64,000 nucleotides of DNA from Eledone cirrhosa (lineage: Eukaryota), in the NCBI GenBank assembly GCA_964016885.1, contig OZ024748.1, positions 6,324,001 to 6,388,000 on the forward strand, read 5' to 3'. Below the pieces are notes generated by a model. It was not told the origin of the DNA, searched no databases, and saw nothing but the letters and a program-made list of their open reading frames with translations. The translations under genes were made by a program, and so were the position numbers. Position 1 is the stretch's first letter. The number at the start of each line of letters is the position of its first letter. Of this stretch, positions 44,218-59,434 are shown one piece after another.

Positions 44218-45230
44218 ATGTATGTGTGTGTGTTTGTATATATATGTATGCTTGTATATATATATATATATATTTATGTGTGTTTGTGTGTGTGTGTGTG
44301 TCTGTGTGTGTCAGTGTTTGTGTGTGTATGTGTGTGTGTGTGTCAGTGTCAGTGTGTGTGTGTGTGTGTGTGTATGTCTGTCTGTGTCACTGTGTGTGTG
44401 TGTCAGTGTCAGTGTGTGTGTGTGTGTGTGTGTATGTCTGTCTGTGTCACTGTGTGTGTGTGTCAGTGTCAGTGTACCTGTGTGTGTGTTTAAATGTCCT
44501 TCCTTTCCATATCGTCTTTTGTCTTTACTTAAACGATGTAAAATGATTTCTTGATCTTTGAACCTGTTCATACATAGATACAGTTATGTTGCTGGAATTA
44601 GGGTCAACAGGTATGCAACCTCTAGCGTGTCTCAGGCAAACCCTGTTAATTTCATTACAGTTGGAAGCACAACAATGTAGGGGCAAAATCATTTAGCTCA
44701 CGAAATATTGAATAACAGACTTCATAGATGTGATAGAAAAAGGGGATAAAGTTATTAGATGGCGCCTGTATTGGCGTGGTTTGTCTAAATTGTATAATGT
44801 TATGTTTTCTTAACGTGAGACAACTAATTTCACTCACCACCACCTTGATAGCGAGTGGCGTTGAGCAGGGATCTCAATTTACTGGCAATCTGAGATGATG
44901 ATGAGTAGGTATCAATCGGTTCTTCTGTCTATGGGAAAGGCATGAATGACTTTCACTCATCTACTATTATTGTTGTTTATATTTTGTTGGTTTTTGTTTA
45001 GACCAAGATGAGTACTGATCGAGATGTTTCATCAGCAGCATCCAACCGTGACCATCCAGTCCTTCTTATCCAGAGTTTAGCTCATTTTACAATATCTAAT
45101 ATATTCTTTAATTCTTTCTTTCTTTTGGGGCCTATACCTACTGTCTGAAAAAAAAAACACGGGAGAGTCATGGTTGGATTTCGTTTGAACATACGTTTAC
45201 TCAATCAAGACATACGTGAAGACAAATAAT

Positions 45231-45582
45231 GATTTATTTATTAACCACAAGGGTTTACATAAAGTAGACATTAAGGACAGTGCAGGACAATGCAGGACGG
45301 TACAAATGGGCATTTCTGCGTGTAAAAAACAAAAACAGAGGATGTAACAAAAAATAACAATGAAAAATTCCCCAATAGGGGGGAGACTTCGGAGGGACAT
45401 TTGTGGAGAAAGCCCAGTAAAAAGCCACAATGACCCTGACCACCAAGGCAAGTGCCCTCTCCCAGTTTTCCACCTTTAATTTACAGATATATGCTCAGAG
45501 TAGGCCCATTCACTCGGGCCATTCTTGCTTCTCTCACCCATCTTTGTTGAAAGATGGGTGAGAGAAGCAAGAATGGCCCGAG
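45231..45582 (-). mobile_element. 5'-truncated LINE (probably L1/Tx1-type) 3' end with terminal hairpin and TSD
   Basis: Minus ORF end FQQRWVREARMARVNGPTLSIYL*, 3' UTR ending aataaataaa, direct repeat agacaaataat at 45220-45230 and 45581-45591. Confidence 0.7.
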
Positions 45583-45699
45583 ACAAATAATACCACTGCC
45601 CCTAGCAACAACAATAACAAGAGTAGCATCAACCACAGCCACAACAACATCTACATCAACAACACACACCACGACAAGCACAGCCACAAGTACAGTCTC

Positions 45700-46640
45700 A
45701 AGAACAACAACAACAGCAGCAATAATACCCATACTAACAACCAGCAGAGATACAACAACCACAACAACAAGAAGCTCAGTCACCACAACAACAACAACAC
45801 TCACAGCCACTACCACAATCATAACAACCACAACAACAACAACAACAGTAGCAATAATACCCATACCAACAACTAGCAGAGCCACAACGACCACCACAAC
45901 AACAGCAGCAATAATACCCATACCAACAACTAGCAGAGCCACAACGACCACCACAACAGCAGCAGCAATAATACCTATACCAACAACTAGCAGAGCCACA
46001 ACGACCACAACAACAACAGCAGCAATAATACCCATACCAACAACTAGCAGAGCCACAACGACCACAACCACAACAGCAGCAGTAATACCCATACCAACAA
46101 CTAGCAGAGCCACAACGACCACAACCACAACAGCAGCAGTAATACCCATACCAACAACTAGCACAACCACAAAGACCACCACAACAACAGCAGCAATAAT
46201 ACCCATACCAACAACTAGCAGAGCCACAACGACCACAACAACAGCAGCAGCAGTAATACCCATACCAACAAGTAGCAGAGCCACAACAACCACCACAACA
46301 GCATCAGTAATACCCATACCAACAACTAGCAGAGCCACAACGACCACAACAACGGCAGCAGCAATAATACCCATACCAACAACTAGCACAACCACAAAGA
46401 CCACCACAACAACAGCAGCAATAATAGCCATACCAACAACTAGCAGAGCCACAACGACCACAACCACAACAGCAGCAATAATACCCATACCAACAACTAG
46501 CAGAGCCACAACGACCACAACCACAACAGCAGCAGTAATACCCATACCAACAACTAGCAGAGCCACAACAACCACAACAACAACAGCAGCAGTAATACCC
46601 ATACCAACAACTAGCACAACCACAACAAGCACAACAACAT
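45700..46640. repeat. 57-bp minisatellite, about 14 copies, open as Thr-rich AAIIPIPTTSRATTTTTTT repeats
   Basis: 57-bp periodicity (45851, 45908, 45965...). Coding status unsupported. Confidence 0.85.
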
Positions 46641-47261
46641 TGCTAGTAAAATACTAGTTTCAATTCAATTGACGATATCCACTCCCTGGGAATGTTTGAC
46701 AGTGTGCCAAGTCAAAGGAGATGGTTTCAAAGTCGGAATTTATATATCTCTGCAAAAATTTTCTAAGCAAAGCTGAATTATGTATGTAACAATATGATAA
46801 ATCTAGCAGCTACATGAACCGTTTGTCTTCATTATCCACACACGGCCATCTTCACTACACCGCCTTCTTCACTACATCGCCTTCTTGGCAACACCACCAT
46901 CTTGGCGAGAGACATCTTGACTATAACGCCATCTTGGAAACACCGCCATTTTGGCAACATTCACATTCACACGCTCACAGAAACACATACTTATATTATA
47001 CACCCACACGCATTTATACACATTAACTCTCATATATGCATATCACCCACACTATATTGACGGGACCTGCACTATATCTTTCTTAACATTGCTACCTTGA
47101 TCTGACATACACACACCACACACACAGACAAAGAACACATACACACACATACTCAAACACACACTTAGCTGCATTTACACAAACAGGCATCTGTGTATAT
47201 ATATCTATATATATATATACATATATATACATGTGTGTATGTGTGTATGTGTGTGTATATG

Positions 47262-47307
<46 letters not shown>

Positions 47308-48093
47308 TATATATATATATATATATTTATATAAATATAAGCATGCACGTATGTATATAAACACATCAGCTGTGTGCATTCTTCGTGTACATTCACACAC
47401 TCACACACACACACACATACATATACATACATGTTGAAGTAAGTTGACCATTAATAAAAGACCAATCTTCTAGCAATGCCATCATCCACACAGCAGCCGC
47501 CATTCCATCACCGACATGTCCCCGCCGCCACGGACTATAACACTCTCCTCTTTCAAACAGGTATGACTCTAGATTACATGGTACGGCTTAGGAAAAACTT
47601 TCCAATGACAGGCGTGCGTGAGGAATATGCAAGAGTGTTATATAAGGCCTTGTTTGCCAAATGGAAACATCTAGTTGGGAGTGGTTGGAGAGATTAGGGG
47701 GGGGGGGGGCTTTTAGTGACGTCATTAATCATGGGGTACCACAGAGAGCATTCTCGACTGTGCTATGAAGCATGAGGAAGGATGGATAGTGGTTGTTATG
47801 TTTGTTGTTATGGAGTTTGAGGTGCCGCTGGTGATGTTGGTGAGGCGACTGGTGGTTCTAGTTGTATGTATACTCTTAATATATTTGTGTGTGTGTTTGT
47901 GTGTTTGTTTATATATAGTTGGTTTATGTGTCTATATGAATATGTGCGGGATGTGTGTGTATCTGTTATGTGGTTGTGTGTATGCGTGTGTATGTATGTA
48001 TGGTTGTGTGTGGTTCTGTATGGTTGTATGTGGTTATGTATGCATGTGTGTGTCTGTGTAAAAGATAGGTTTTCTGAGTTTGTGTATGAATGC

Positions 48094-48563
48094 GTGCATG
48101 TGTGTAAATCTATATATATGTGCATGTGTGTAAATCTATATATATGTGCATGTGTGTAAATCTATATATATGTGCATGTGTGTAAATCTATATATATGTG
48201 CATGTGTGTAAATCTATATATATATGTGCATGTGTGTAAATCTATATATATGTGCATGTGTGTAAATCTATATATATGTGCATGTGTGTAAATCTATATA
48301 TATGTGCATGTGTGTAAATCTATATATATATGTGCATGTGTGTAAATCTATATATATGTGCATGTGTGTAAATCTATATATATATGTGCATGTGTGTAAA
48401 TCTATATATATATGTGCATGTGTGTAAATCTATATATATGTGCATGTGTGTAAATCTATATATATATGTGCATGTGTGTAAATCTATATATATGTGCATG
48501 TGTGTAAATCTATATATATATGTGCATGTGTGTAAATCTATATATATGTGCATGTGTGTAAAT
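48094..48563. repeat. 26-28 bp minisatellite gtgcatgtgtgtaaatc(ta)n, about 17-18 copies
   Basis: Invariant core with variable TA count. Confidence 0.92.
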
Positions 48564-49026
48564 GTATATACATGTGTATGTGTGAGTATTAGTATCCTGG
48601 TCGATAGGTGTGCTCCAACACACCTGATGATGTTACTACTTTTCTAAATATTATATTCTAGAATCAAAACAATTACTACGTGTTAGTCAATCCTCTAGTT
48701 TGATCTTAGTTGGTCATCTGGTACAAGTAACAGAGTTTGTATATGTTACTCTGTTAGTGAAAAGAAAGGGAACAAATTTAATAATCGAACCAAAAGACGA
48801 ATCTTTATAGGATCGGTATCTAGGTGAAAAAGCAGCAAAGATGGCACAAAAACGCATTTTAACAATTGAAGAACACATAAAAAACCTGTAATCGTCTTTT
48901 ATTTATTTACAAAAATATGTTTAGCACTGATTCCTGTCTTTGTGGCTCGATATTCCCCAAATATTTCACTCGGATAAAAGGTTTCAAAATGTATATGCGT
49001 GTTTCAACTGGCAATTGGGTTTAACG

Positions 49027-49059
<33 letters not shown>

Positions 49060-49082
49060 TTATTAGTGAGTGTATATTAATG

Positions 49083-49121
<39 letters not shown>

Positions 49122-49144
49122 TTATTAGTGAGTGTATATTAATG

Positions 49145-49196
<52 letters not shown>

Positions 49197-49683
49197 GGGG
49201 GGGGGGTATATATTGAAATGATGAGAGATATAGTATAGCTCCGATCATTTCTCCAAGTATAGATACACACACGGAAATACATACACACAAACGCACACAA
49301 ACATACGTAAACACATAGACACACTCACACATAGACACATATAACCATACATAGCATTAAAATTATAGACCACAAGAACACCAAAGACAAGAACAACAAC
49401 AGCAACAACAACAACAACAACAACACAGAGACGCTCTGTAATGATTGACTGATGTATGCCCTTCATATATTTCGATCAGATGTCAAATGAACTGTACAAT
49501 CGATGGTCCCAATTCAACAAAGAGACTTGCATTACTGGGACAACTTAATAATGGAGCAGAGGTCTTCGTGAGAAATGGTAGTCTGAAGTAGTTTCTTTCG
49601 TGTTGGTAGATGTGGAGCGTGAGGTGCAAGATGCAATATTTAGAAAGAGGGGCTGGGTGAGCAGGAGATAGTGGGGCAAGAGG

Positions 49684-49781
<98 letters not shown>

Positions 49782-50073
49782 CAATAGGGAAAGAGAGAGG
49801 GGCAGCAGGGTAAGAGCGTATTGCAGAAGAGAGAGAAAGAGTGAGAAGCAAATATATATATAGAGAGATAGCAAGTACGAGAGGGAGAGAAATTCAGGAG
49901 TGTGAGAGAGAGGCGCAATAGTGAGAGAGAGAGAGAGAGAGGGGTATAGGAGAGAGATAGAAGGAACGGAGGAGGGTAAGAAAAATATAATAGGTGAATG
50001 GTAAGTGAAATATCTTCATCTCCTTCACCCATTCTACCTACTTAGAGATTTTTTCACTGTCTGTATATTACTG

Positions 50074-50130
<57 letters not shown>

Positions 50131-50318
50131 ATATTAGGGGCTGTATATAAAAACATGTATTATATTCTTGCATTCTCAGCGGGTATTGAGTTATCTGTGA
50201 CATGTTCAAAGAATAAAAGAGACAAAAATATGTTCTGCATGACGACAAAATATTTTTCTTTGATAGTCAAGTTCTCATAAATATACACCCGTATTACGCT
50301 ATCTTAGTGCTACTGCCC

Positions 50319-50382
<64 letters not shown>

Positions 50383-50596
50383 GGGCATATATATATATAA
50401 TTATATATAATTATATATATAATGGGCATATATATATATATAATTATATATAATTATATATATAATGGGCATATATATATATATAATTATATATATAATG
50501 GGCATATATATATATAATTATATATATATATATAATTATATATATATATATATATATATATAATTATATATATATATATATATATATAATTATATG

Positions 50597-50642
<46 letters not shown>

Positions 50643-51217
50643 TATATATATATTTCGTTTCTGAATTTGTTTAGCAAGATTCTTTATCTGAAATCGTGTG
50701 TTGAAACCGATATTGTTATACTTTGGGAGGGTCATGTTGCCAATAAGAAACACACGCACCAGTTGCTTTCACTTCAATTTATTATATATTTATAAATTTA
50801 TAAATTTACAAATCTACAAACTTATAAATTTCTGGTTGGTTGGTTGGTTCCACAACCAGATAGTTTATATATATAGTCATAGTCCTTTCGTCACACACTC
50901 TGTGACCTCTTCAGTGACTGGGGATTCCTTTCTTCGTTTCTGTGCCTTTTCTTTCTTCTATCCTAAGCCATTTTGTTTCTGTGTGTGTGTTGTGTGCTCA
51001 GTTTGCGCATGTGCCACATCCGGGTGTCTGTGTGTGTTTGTGTTCATTTTTCTATTTGTTTATTTATTTATTGTTGGTTGGTTGTTTGTTCTATGTGTGT
51101 GTGTGTTTTCATTTTGTCCTGTGTGGTTTTCATTTTGTCCTGTGTGTGTTTTCATTTTGTGTGTGTTTTCAATTGTAAGTTGTTTGTTCTATGTGTGTGT
51201 GTGTTTTCATTTTGTCC

Positions 51218-51535
51218 TTAATTGTAAGTTGTGATGTTGCTGTTCCACTCATATTTTCTATTTAATTTTGGTTTTAATTCTTTTATGCTTACTGCCTCTG
51301 TAATTTGCCTAAACATTGCGTCTTTTCTGTGCGTGGATTCTATTTTTATTTCTATGCTCTCTAATCTACCCCTGTGTTCTATCTTAGCATGTTGGTAGAG
51401 CACAGATGATTCTTTATTATCTTGGAGGTCTCGCCAGTGTTCATTTATTCGTTCCCCTATACTACGAGCTGTCTCACCTATGTACACTATATTTTTGTTT
51501 CTACATTGTCCTTCAGTACATCTTATGCTATACAT
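51218..51535 (-). pseudogene. GIY-YIG endonuclease domain, 5'-truncated but uninterrupted
   Basis: YSIRC...C...VYIGETARSIGERINEH...H...H...EAVSIKELKPKLN. Confidence 0.85.
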
Positions 51536-51620
51536 GTATAGCATGTACATCTTATGCTATACATGTACATCTTATGCTATACAGTACATCTTATGCTATA
51601 CAGTACATCTTATGCTATAC

Positions 51621-51938
51621 ATGTATAGCATAAGATGTACTGAAGGACAATGTAGAAACAAAAATATAGTGTACATAGGTGAGACAGCTCGTAGTATAGG
51701 GGAACGAATAAATGAACACTGGCGAGACCTCCAAGATAATAAAGAATCATCTGTGCTCTACCAACATGCTAAGATAGAACACAGGGGTAGATTAGAGAGC
51801 ATAGAAATAAAAATAGAATCCACGCACAGAAAAGACGCAATGTTTAGGCAAATTACAGAGGCAGTAAGCATAAAAGAATTAAAACCAAAATTAAATAGAA
51901 AATATGAGTGGAACAGCAACATCACAACTTACAATTAA
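51621..51938 (+). pseudogene. GIY-YIG endonuclease domain, inverted duplicate
   Basis: Same translation as the left arm in the ORF track. Confidence 0.85.
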
Positions 51939-52419
51939 GGACAAAATGAAAACACACACACACATAGAACAAACAACTTACAATTGAAAACACACACAAA
52001 ATGAAAACACACACAGGACAAAATGAAAACACACACACACATAGAACAAACAACCAACCAACAATAAATAAATATACAAATAGAAAAATGAACACAAACA
52101 CACACAGACACCCGGATGTGGTACATGCGCAAACTGAGCACACAACACACACACAGAAACAAAATGGCGTAGGATAGAAGAAAGAAAAGGCACAGAAACG
52201 AAGAAAGGAATCCCAGTCACTGAAGAGGTCACAGAGTGTGTGACGAAAGGACTACGACTATATATATAAACAACTATCTGGTTGTGGAACCAACCAACCA
52301 ACCAGAAATTTATAAGTTTGTAGATTTGTAAATTTATAAATTTATAAATATATAATAAATTGAAGTGAAAGCAACTGGTGCGTGTGTTTCTTATTGGCAA
52401 CATGACCCTCCCAAAGTAT

Positions 52420-52490
<71 letters not shown>

Positions 52491-52572
52491 TATATATATA
52501 TATATATATATAATTATATATATATATATATATAATTATATATATATATATATAATTATATATATATATATA

Positions 52573-52651
<79 letters not shown>

Positions 52652-52877
52652 GTGTGTGTGTGTATATATTGTTAAAAGATCGGAGACCATGATCAGTTGA
52701 CTCAGGGTTATTTTTTTTAAACACCTTTATACATACTTCCTGAGGACTATCAGTTATGGTAGCCTGTGCTCTTCAGACGGCAAAACCTATAAAAACCTGA
52801 AAACAGTGAAAGTTCCCTAAATGAAAAATTATATTTATTTTTTAAAAATCCAATGACTTCCTCAAAAAAGATTTTCT

Positions 52878-53367
52878 TTTCTTGATACAAGGGGCCAGCT
52901 AGCCGTGTGGTATCGTTTCTTGATACAGGCGGCCAGCTAGCCGTGTGGTTTTGTTTCTTGATACAAGGGGCCAGCTAGCCGTGTGGCTTTGTTTCTTGAT
53001 ACAAGGGGCCAGCTAGCCGTGTAGTATCGTTTCTTGATACAGGGGGCCAGCTAGCCGTGTGGTTTTGTTTCTTGATACAGGGGGCCAGCTAGCCGTGTGG
53101 TATCGTTTCTTGATACAGGGGGCCGGCCGTCGGTGTGGTGTTGTTTCTTGACACAAGGGGCCAGCTAGCCGTGTGGTTTTGTTTCTTGATACAAGGGGCC
53201 AGCTAGCCGTGTGGCTTTGTTTCTTGATACAAGGGGCCAGCTAGCCGTGTGGCTTTGTTTCTTGATACAGGGTAGCCAGCTAGCCGTGTGGTTTTGCTTC
53301 TTGATACAGGGGGCCGGCCGTCGGTGTGGTGTTGTTTCTTGATACAAGGGGCCAGTTGGCTGTGTGG
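52878..53367. repeat. 38-bp GC-rich minisatellite, about 13 copies
   Basis: gtttcttgatacaaggggccagctagccgtgtggtttt. Confidence 0.93.
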
Positions 53368-54065
53368 GATTGTACCTTGGCCATATACACACACACATAT
53401 ATACACAAAAACATACACACAGACAAAAGACAACACTGTTTTACTCTTGCTAAGGTCACCACAACTCTTTCATCGATATATTTTCGGCCCAGCAAAACAG
53501 CCAAGATAAAAATATTCTATGATTTATATATTCGATAGAAAATTAGATGATTTAAGAGAAGCTGTATAGATCAAAATCGATTGCCAGTGATGTTAGCGAG
53601 TGTTTCCAACATTCAAATAAAGATATTGAAACTTATACATAGGTCCCAGGTGTAATTATTATTCCTTGATCGAAAACAATTATTTATGTAACTGGGATTT
53701 AACCAGCACATATATACATGTATGTTTTTATAACCTTATGTCACAATCTTTCTCCCTCACAGTCTCTCTCTCACAGTCTCTCTCTCTTTCTGTTTCTCTG
53801 TATATATGTATATACATGTATGTGTGACTGTGTCTCTGTGTGTGTCTGTGCGTGTGTGTGTGTGTGTGTATTTATGTATGAGTGTATGCAAGCATGTAGA
53901 TGCATATCTATGTATGTGCGCATGAATACATGTATATCTATGTATGTATGTGTGTAATATATATATATATATATGTATATAACCGCGTTTATATACCTGT
54001 GTATACATACATACGTAAACATGCATGTATGCGTAAATATACGCGTGGCTTGTGCATATGAACAA

Positions 54066-54116
<51 letters not shown>

Positions 54117-54207
54117 TATATACGTGTGTATATAAGTGTGTATATTACATATACTGAGTAAGCAAGGGAGAGAATATGAAGATAGATGCACGGTTAAGAA
54201 AAGCTAA

Positions 54208-54270
<63 letters not shown>

Positions 54271-54724
54271 ATATATATATATATTAGTCATTGGAGACAC
54301 TTGACATGTCTCACTTGCATTAGCTTCTTTTTACATAAAGAAAGAAACTGAGATGTTTACCATATATCATCTAATGAGGTATAACTGTAGTTAAAAAATA
54401 CCTGGATATTTTTCCTCAATATTTCAAAATAATTTCCACTGCGTCAGTTTCTTTTCTTTTTTTTTCTTTTTTTTTTGTGACGCCATATTGCGAATTCCAA
54501 GAATACATTTACTTAATAATTTCTAACATACTTACAGGATACAAAAAATGTTGTTAGAGCTTAGTCTATAATATCGACCTCTGTAATTGAATGGTACCTT
54601 ATTTAACTACCCAAGGAGGATAAATGTTTATATGTTGATTCAGTTGGCTGTTTGGTTTGGTTCAAGTTGTGGTGCTCTAGTCAGTACATATCTCAGATCT
54701 AGGTGGAGAAGAGCCGTAACTGAA

Positions 54725-55125
54725 ATAACTCCTGTAATAATTGTTTCCACTTTTGGCACAAGGCCAGCAATTACCCAGTTCATTACTGGTACTTTATTTT
54801 ATCGACCCCATAAGGATGAAAGGCAAAGTTAACCTTGACGGGATTTGAACTCAGACCGTAAAGGGACGTAACCATGGCGTCCGACCCTCTACCGATACTG
54901 CCAATTCACCGCCCTATAACTCCTGTAATAATTGTTTCTACTTTTGGCACAAGGCCAGCAATTTCTCAGTGTATTACCGGTACTTTATTTCATCGACCCC
55001 TAAAGGGAAAATTAAGCTCGGCGGGATTTGAACTCAGACCGTAAAGGGATGTAACTCTATGCCTCAAAGCATGGTGTCCGACTCTCTAGCGATACTGCCA
55101 ATCCACCGTATAACTCCTGTAATAA
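54725..55125 (-). mobile_element. Two tandem S1 SINEs punctuated by a triplicated target-like sequence
   Basis: ataactcctgtaataat at about 54725, 54917 and 55109. Confidence 0.85.
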
Positions 55126-55580
55126 TGAAAGAAATACTCACAAAGTAGCAGAATATTAAACTAACTTCAAAATCCTATTAAGTCCATCCTTTCTAGACCA
55201 AATCCTTCAGTTTAAAATAAAACAAAATATAAAAGTGAAAATATCAACATAGATTAACTTTCTTAAATATCAGCTACATTTTTATTATTTCTATTCTTTA
55301 GGGAACAAAATATTCTTACAAATTATGAACATTATTATAATAGATGTTATTATTTTATATTTTATCTGATTGTTTATTATATTTTCCATTGGTTTAGAAC
55401 ACGTTTCAGTTAAATTCAATTTGGCACAAAACTTGTTGAAAAACAGAACTACGTTATTTGGTAAAGTCTGTCTTTTGAAGTTACATATCTATTGAACCAT
55501 TTCTGTTGCTGCCTCAATTGATGTGTAAGATATATATATACATATATATATGATATATTTGTATATATATATATATTTGT

Positions 55581-55645
<65 letters not shown>

Positions 55646-56069
55646 TGTGTGTGTGTTTATATATATATATATATACAATAATTTACTAAATTATTGTATA
55701 AAACGTCATATTGCAGAAGAGTGCAAGTAACTATAATTCTCTCTCTCTCTCTATCTATCTATATATATATATAAACATACATACATATATATACATATTA
55801 TATGCATATATATATATATATGGTTGAGTGTATGTTTATGATTGTGTATTAAAATTATTGTTGTGTGCCAACAGTTAGTAAATTCAATGTATATACACTG
55901 TATATACAATGTATATTCAATATATACAGTATATACAGTGTATATACAGTGTATATACAAAGGCAACATAAGTGGTAAAGAAAATGAAACGAAGAGAAAG
56001 AAATATACTGAACTCAGCCATAAAACTAACGACTGTGACATTTTATATCAGAATAGTGGGGTTGTGGTG

Positions 56070-56130
<61 letters not shown>

Positions 56131-56494
56131 CCCAACAACATATATATATATGTAACCCAACAACATATATATATATGTAACCCAACAATTTAAATATAAC
56201 TTTCCATATATATATATATATATTATTCAAAATGTTAACATTTTGAATAATTTTAAAAGCTCCAGGAAAACTTAACAGTTGAGTGCTTCTAATCTATTGT
56301 AAAACTGTATTCGTTGAGTAATCAACGAACCATATTAATCGTTGGTTATATATATCTATATATATCTATATATATATATATATATATATATGTGGTGTGT
56401 ATGTGTGTGTGTGTATATATATATATATGCTATATCAAATATATACCTTCCATATAGTGTACCGATTGTGTTGTTATTTCTGTTTACCTTTTAC

Positions 56495-57375
<881 letters not shown>

Positions 57376-57912
57376 AGAGCTATACATATCTTCGTACGTA
57401 TTTGAGTACAGTTTTCAATGTCTTGAGGCGAGGTTTTGACGTACGGACAAAACGAACAGGTTATTTTCCTCCCTTAAACATGTCCGATCATTAATTAAAT
57501 AACCTAATTAAACAATAGTATCCATCATAATATAAGAGAGTGCAAAGCAATAATTCTTGGAGCAATCTTTCACAGTTTATTCAACACACAAGTATTGTAT
57601 ACGATCAAGTCTTCGATAGTTTACACTTTGCACTCTCTGTCTCCAAGACATCTAGTGTGTTTTTAGATAAACACATCGCCATGAAGAGATACATTACACG
57701 GCTAACATAGAAATGATGGGAAATATATTGTTTCACGTGTTACACACACACACACTTTCACTCACAGCTACACACACACACATACATACATACATACACG
57801 TCCTCACACTCACACACACATACGTACACACACACATGCAGAGAGAGAGAGAGAGAGAAAGAGAGAGGGGGGAGAGGGAGAGAGAAAGAGAGAGAGGGGG
57901 AGAGCAAGAGAG

Positions 57913-57947
<35 letters not shown>

Positions 57948-58233
57948 TTTCTCAACAGTTTCTAAAGGTTTAAATGTGCTGAGAGAGAAAAAAAAACACT
58001 AAAACAAGAAACGATCTCTTCATTTCTTCGATATTTACTTTGTTTTATGTTGTTTTGGTAGGGTATTGTTATGTGTTATTGTTTTTTGTGTTTTTTACTT
58101 TATTTTGGTTTTGTTGTTGTTGTTGTTGTTATTGTTATTGTTGTTGTTGTTATTGTTATTGTTGTTGTTGTTGTTGTGCGCTTTAAAAGTGTATCTTTGT
58201 ATTGTTGTTGTTTTGTGCTGTATTGTATATAAA

Positions 58234-58269
<36 letters not shown>

Positions 58270-58538
58270 TGTATGTATGTATGAATGTATGTATGTATGA
58301 ATGTATGTATGTATGTATGTATGTATGTATGTATGTATGTATGTATGTATGTATGTATGTATGTATGTATGTATGTATGAAAGTATGTATGAAAGTATGT
58401 ATGAATGTATGTATGTATGTATGAAAGTATGTATGTATGTATGTATGTATGTATGTATGTATGTGCGTGTGTGTGTCAGTGTGTGTGTCAGTGTGTGTGT
58501 GTTGTTGTTGCCGTTGTTGTTATGTGCTGTAATGTATA

Positions 58539-58584
<46 letters not shown>

Positions 58585-58675
58585 ATTCCATACACTGGTG
58601 GATTTTTCCCTGTTTCATTGATAGCGCACTGTATAGCTCTCTCTAGTGTGTTACCTTTTCAACATATTGTGTATG

Positions 58676-58710
<35 letters not shown>

Positions 58711-59434
58711 TTGTGTGTCTCTGTGTGTGTGTATGTGTGTGTGTGTGAGTGTTTGTGTTTGTGTGTGTGTGTTATGTGTGTGTGTGTGTGTGTGTGTGTG
58801 TTTGTGTGTGTCTCTGTGTGTGTGTATGTGTGTGTGTGTGAGTGTGTGTGTTTGTGTGTGTGTGTGTTATGTGTGAGTGTGCGTGTGTTGTTGCTATTGT
58901 GTGTGTGCGTTCTTTCTTCCCATCGTTCACCTTATGTAGACCAATCCCAGTAATAAATGGACCGTGTATGTTGGCAATGGGTTAAATCATCCGTGGTGGG
59001 CGATTTATTCACTTTAGAAAACTTATTTTCTCTTTCTGCCCTACCCTAAATCTCTAAGCATGTCTCTATGTCCATTTGTATATCAATGCATCTCTCTCTC
59101 TTCACAAATTTGTGTATGTATGTATGTATGTATGTATGTATGTATGTATGTATGTATGTATCTATGTATGAATGAATGAATGAAAGTATGAATGTATGTA
59201 TGTATGTATGTGTTGTATGTATGTATGTATGTATGTATGTATGTATGTATCTATGTATGTATGAATGTATGTATGTATGTATGTATGTATGTATGTACGT
59301 ATGTATGTATGAATGTATGTATGTATGTATGAATGTATGTATGTATGTATATATGTCTATCTCTATATGCAAAGCACACCGGGGTGGGAGTTGAACCCAG
59401 AACCTAAAACAACATAACTATAAGCCATTCTTTC

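Larger units (their letters stand above)
50653..52426. mobile_element. Family A Penelope-like palindrome of about 1.77 kb
   Basis: Arms of about 810 bp (50710-51534 and 51622-52426), left tail 50653-50709, (TA)n flanks, HHRs at 50875-50919 (minus) and 52215-52259 (plus). Confidence 0.92.

Noticed and set aside
47476-47697. 73-aa ATG-initiated ORF
   Set aside because: No homology recognised, and the length is expected by chance.
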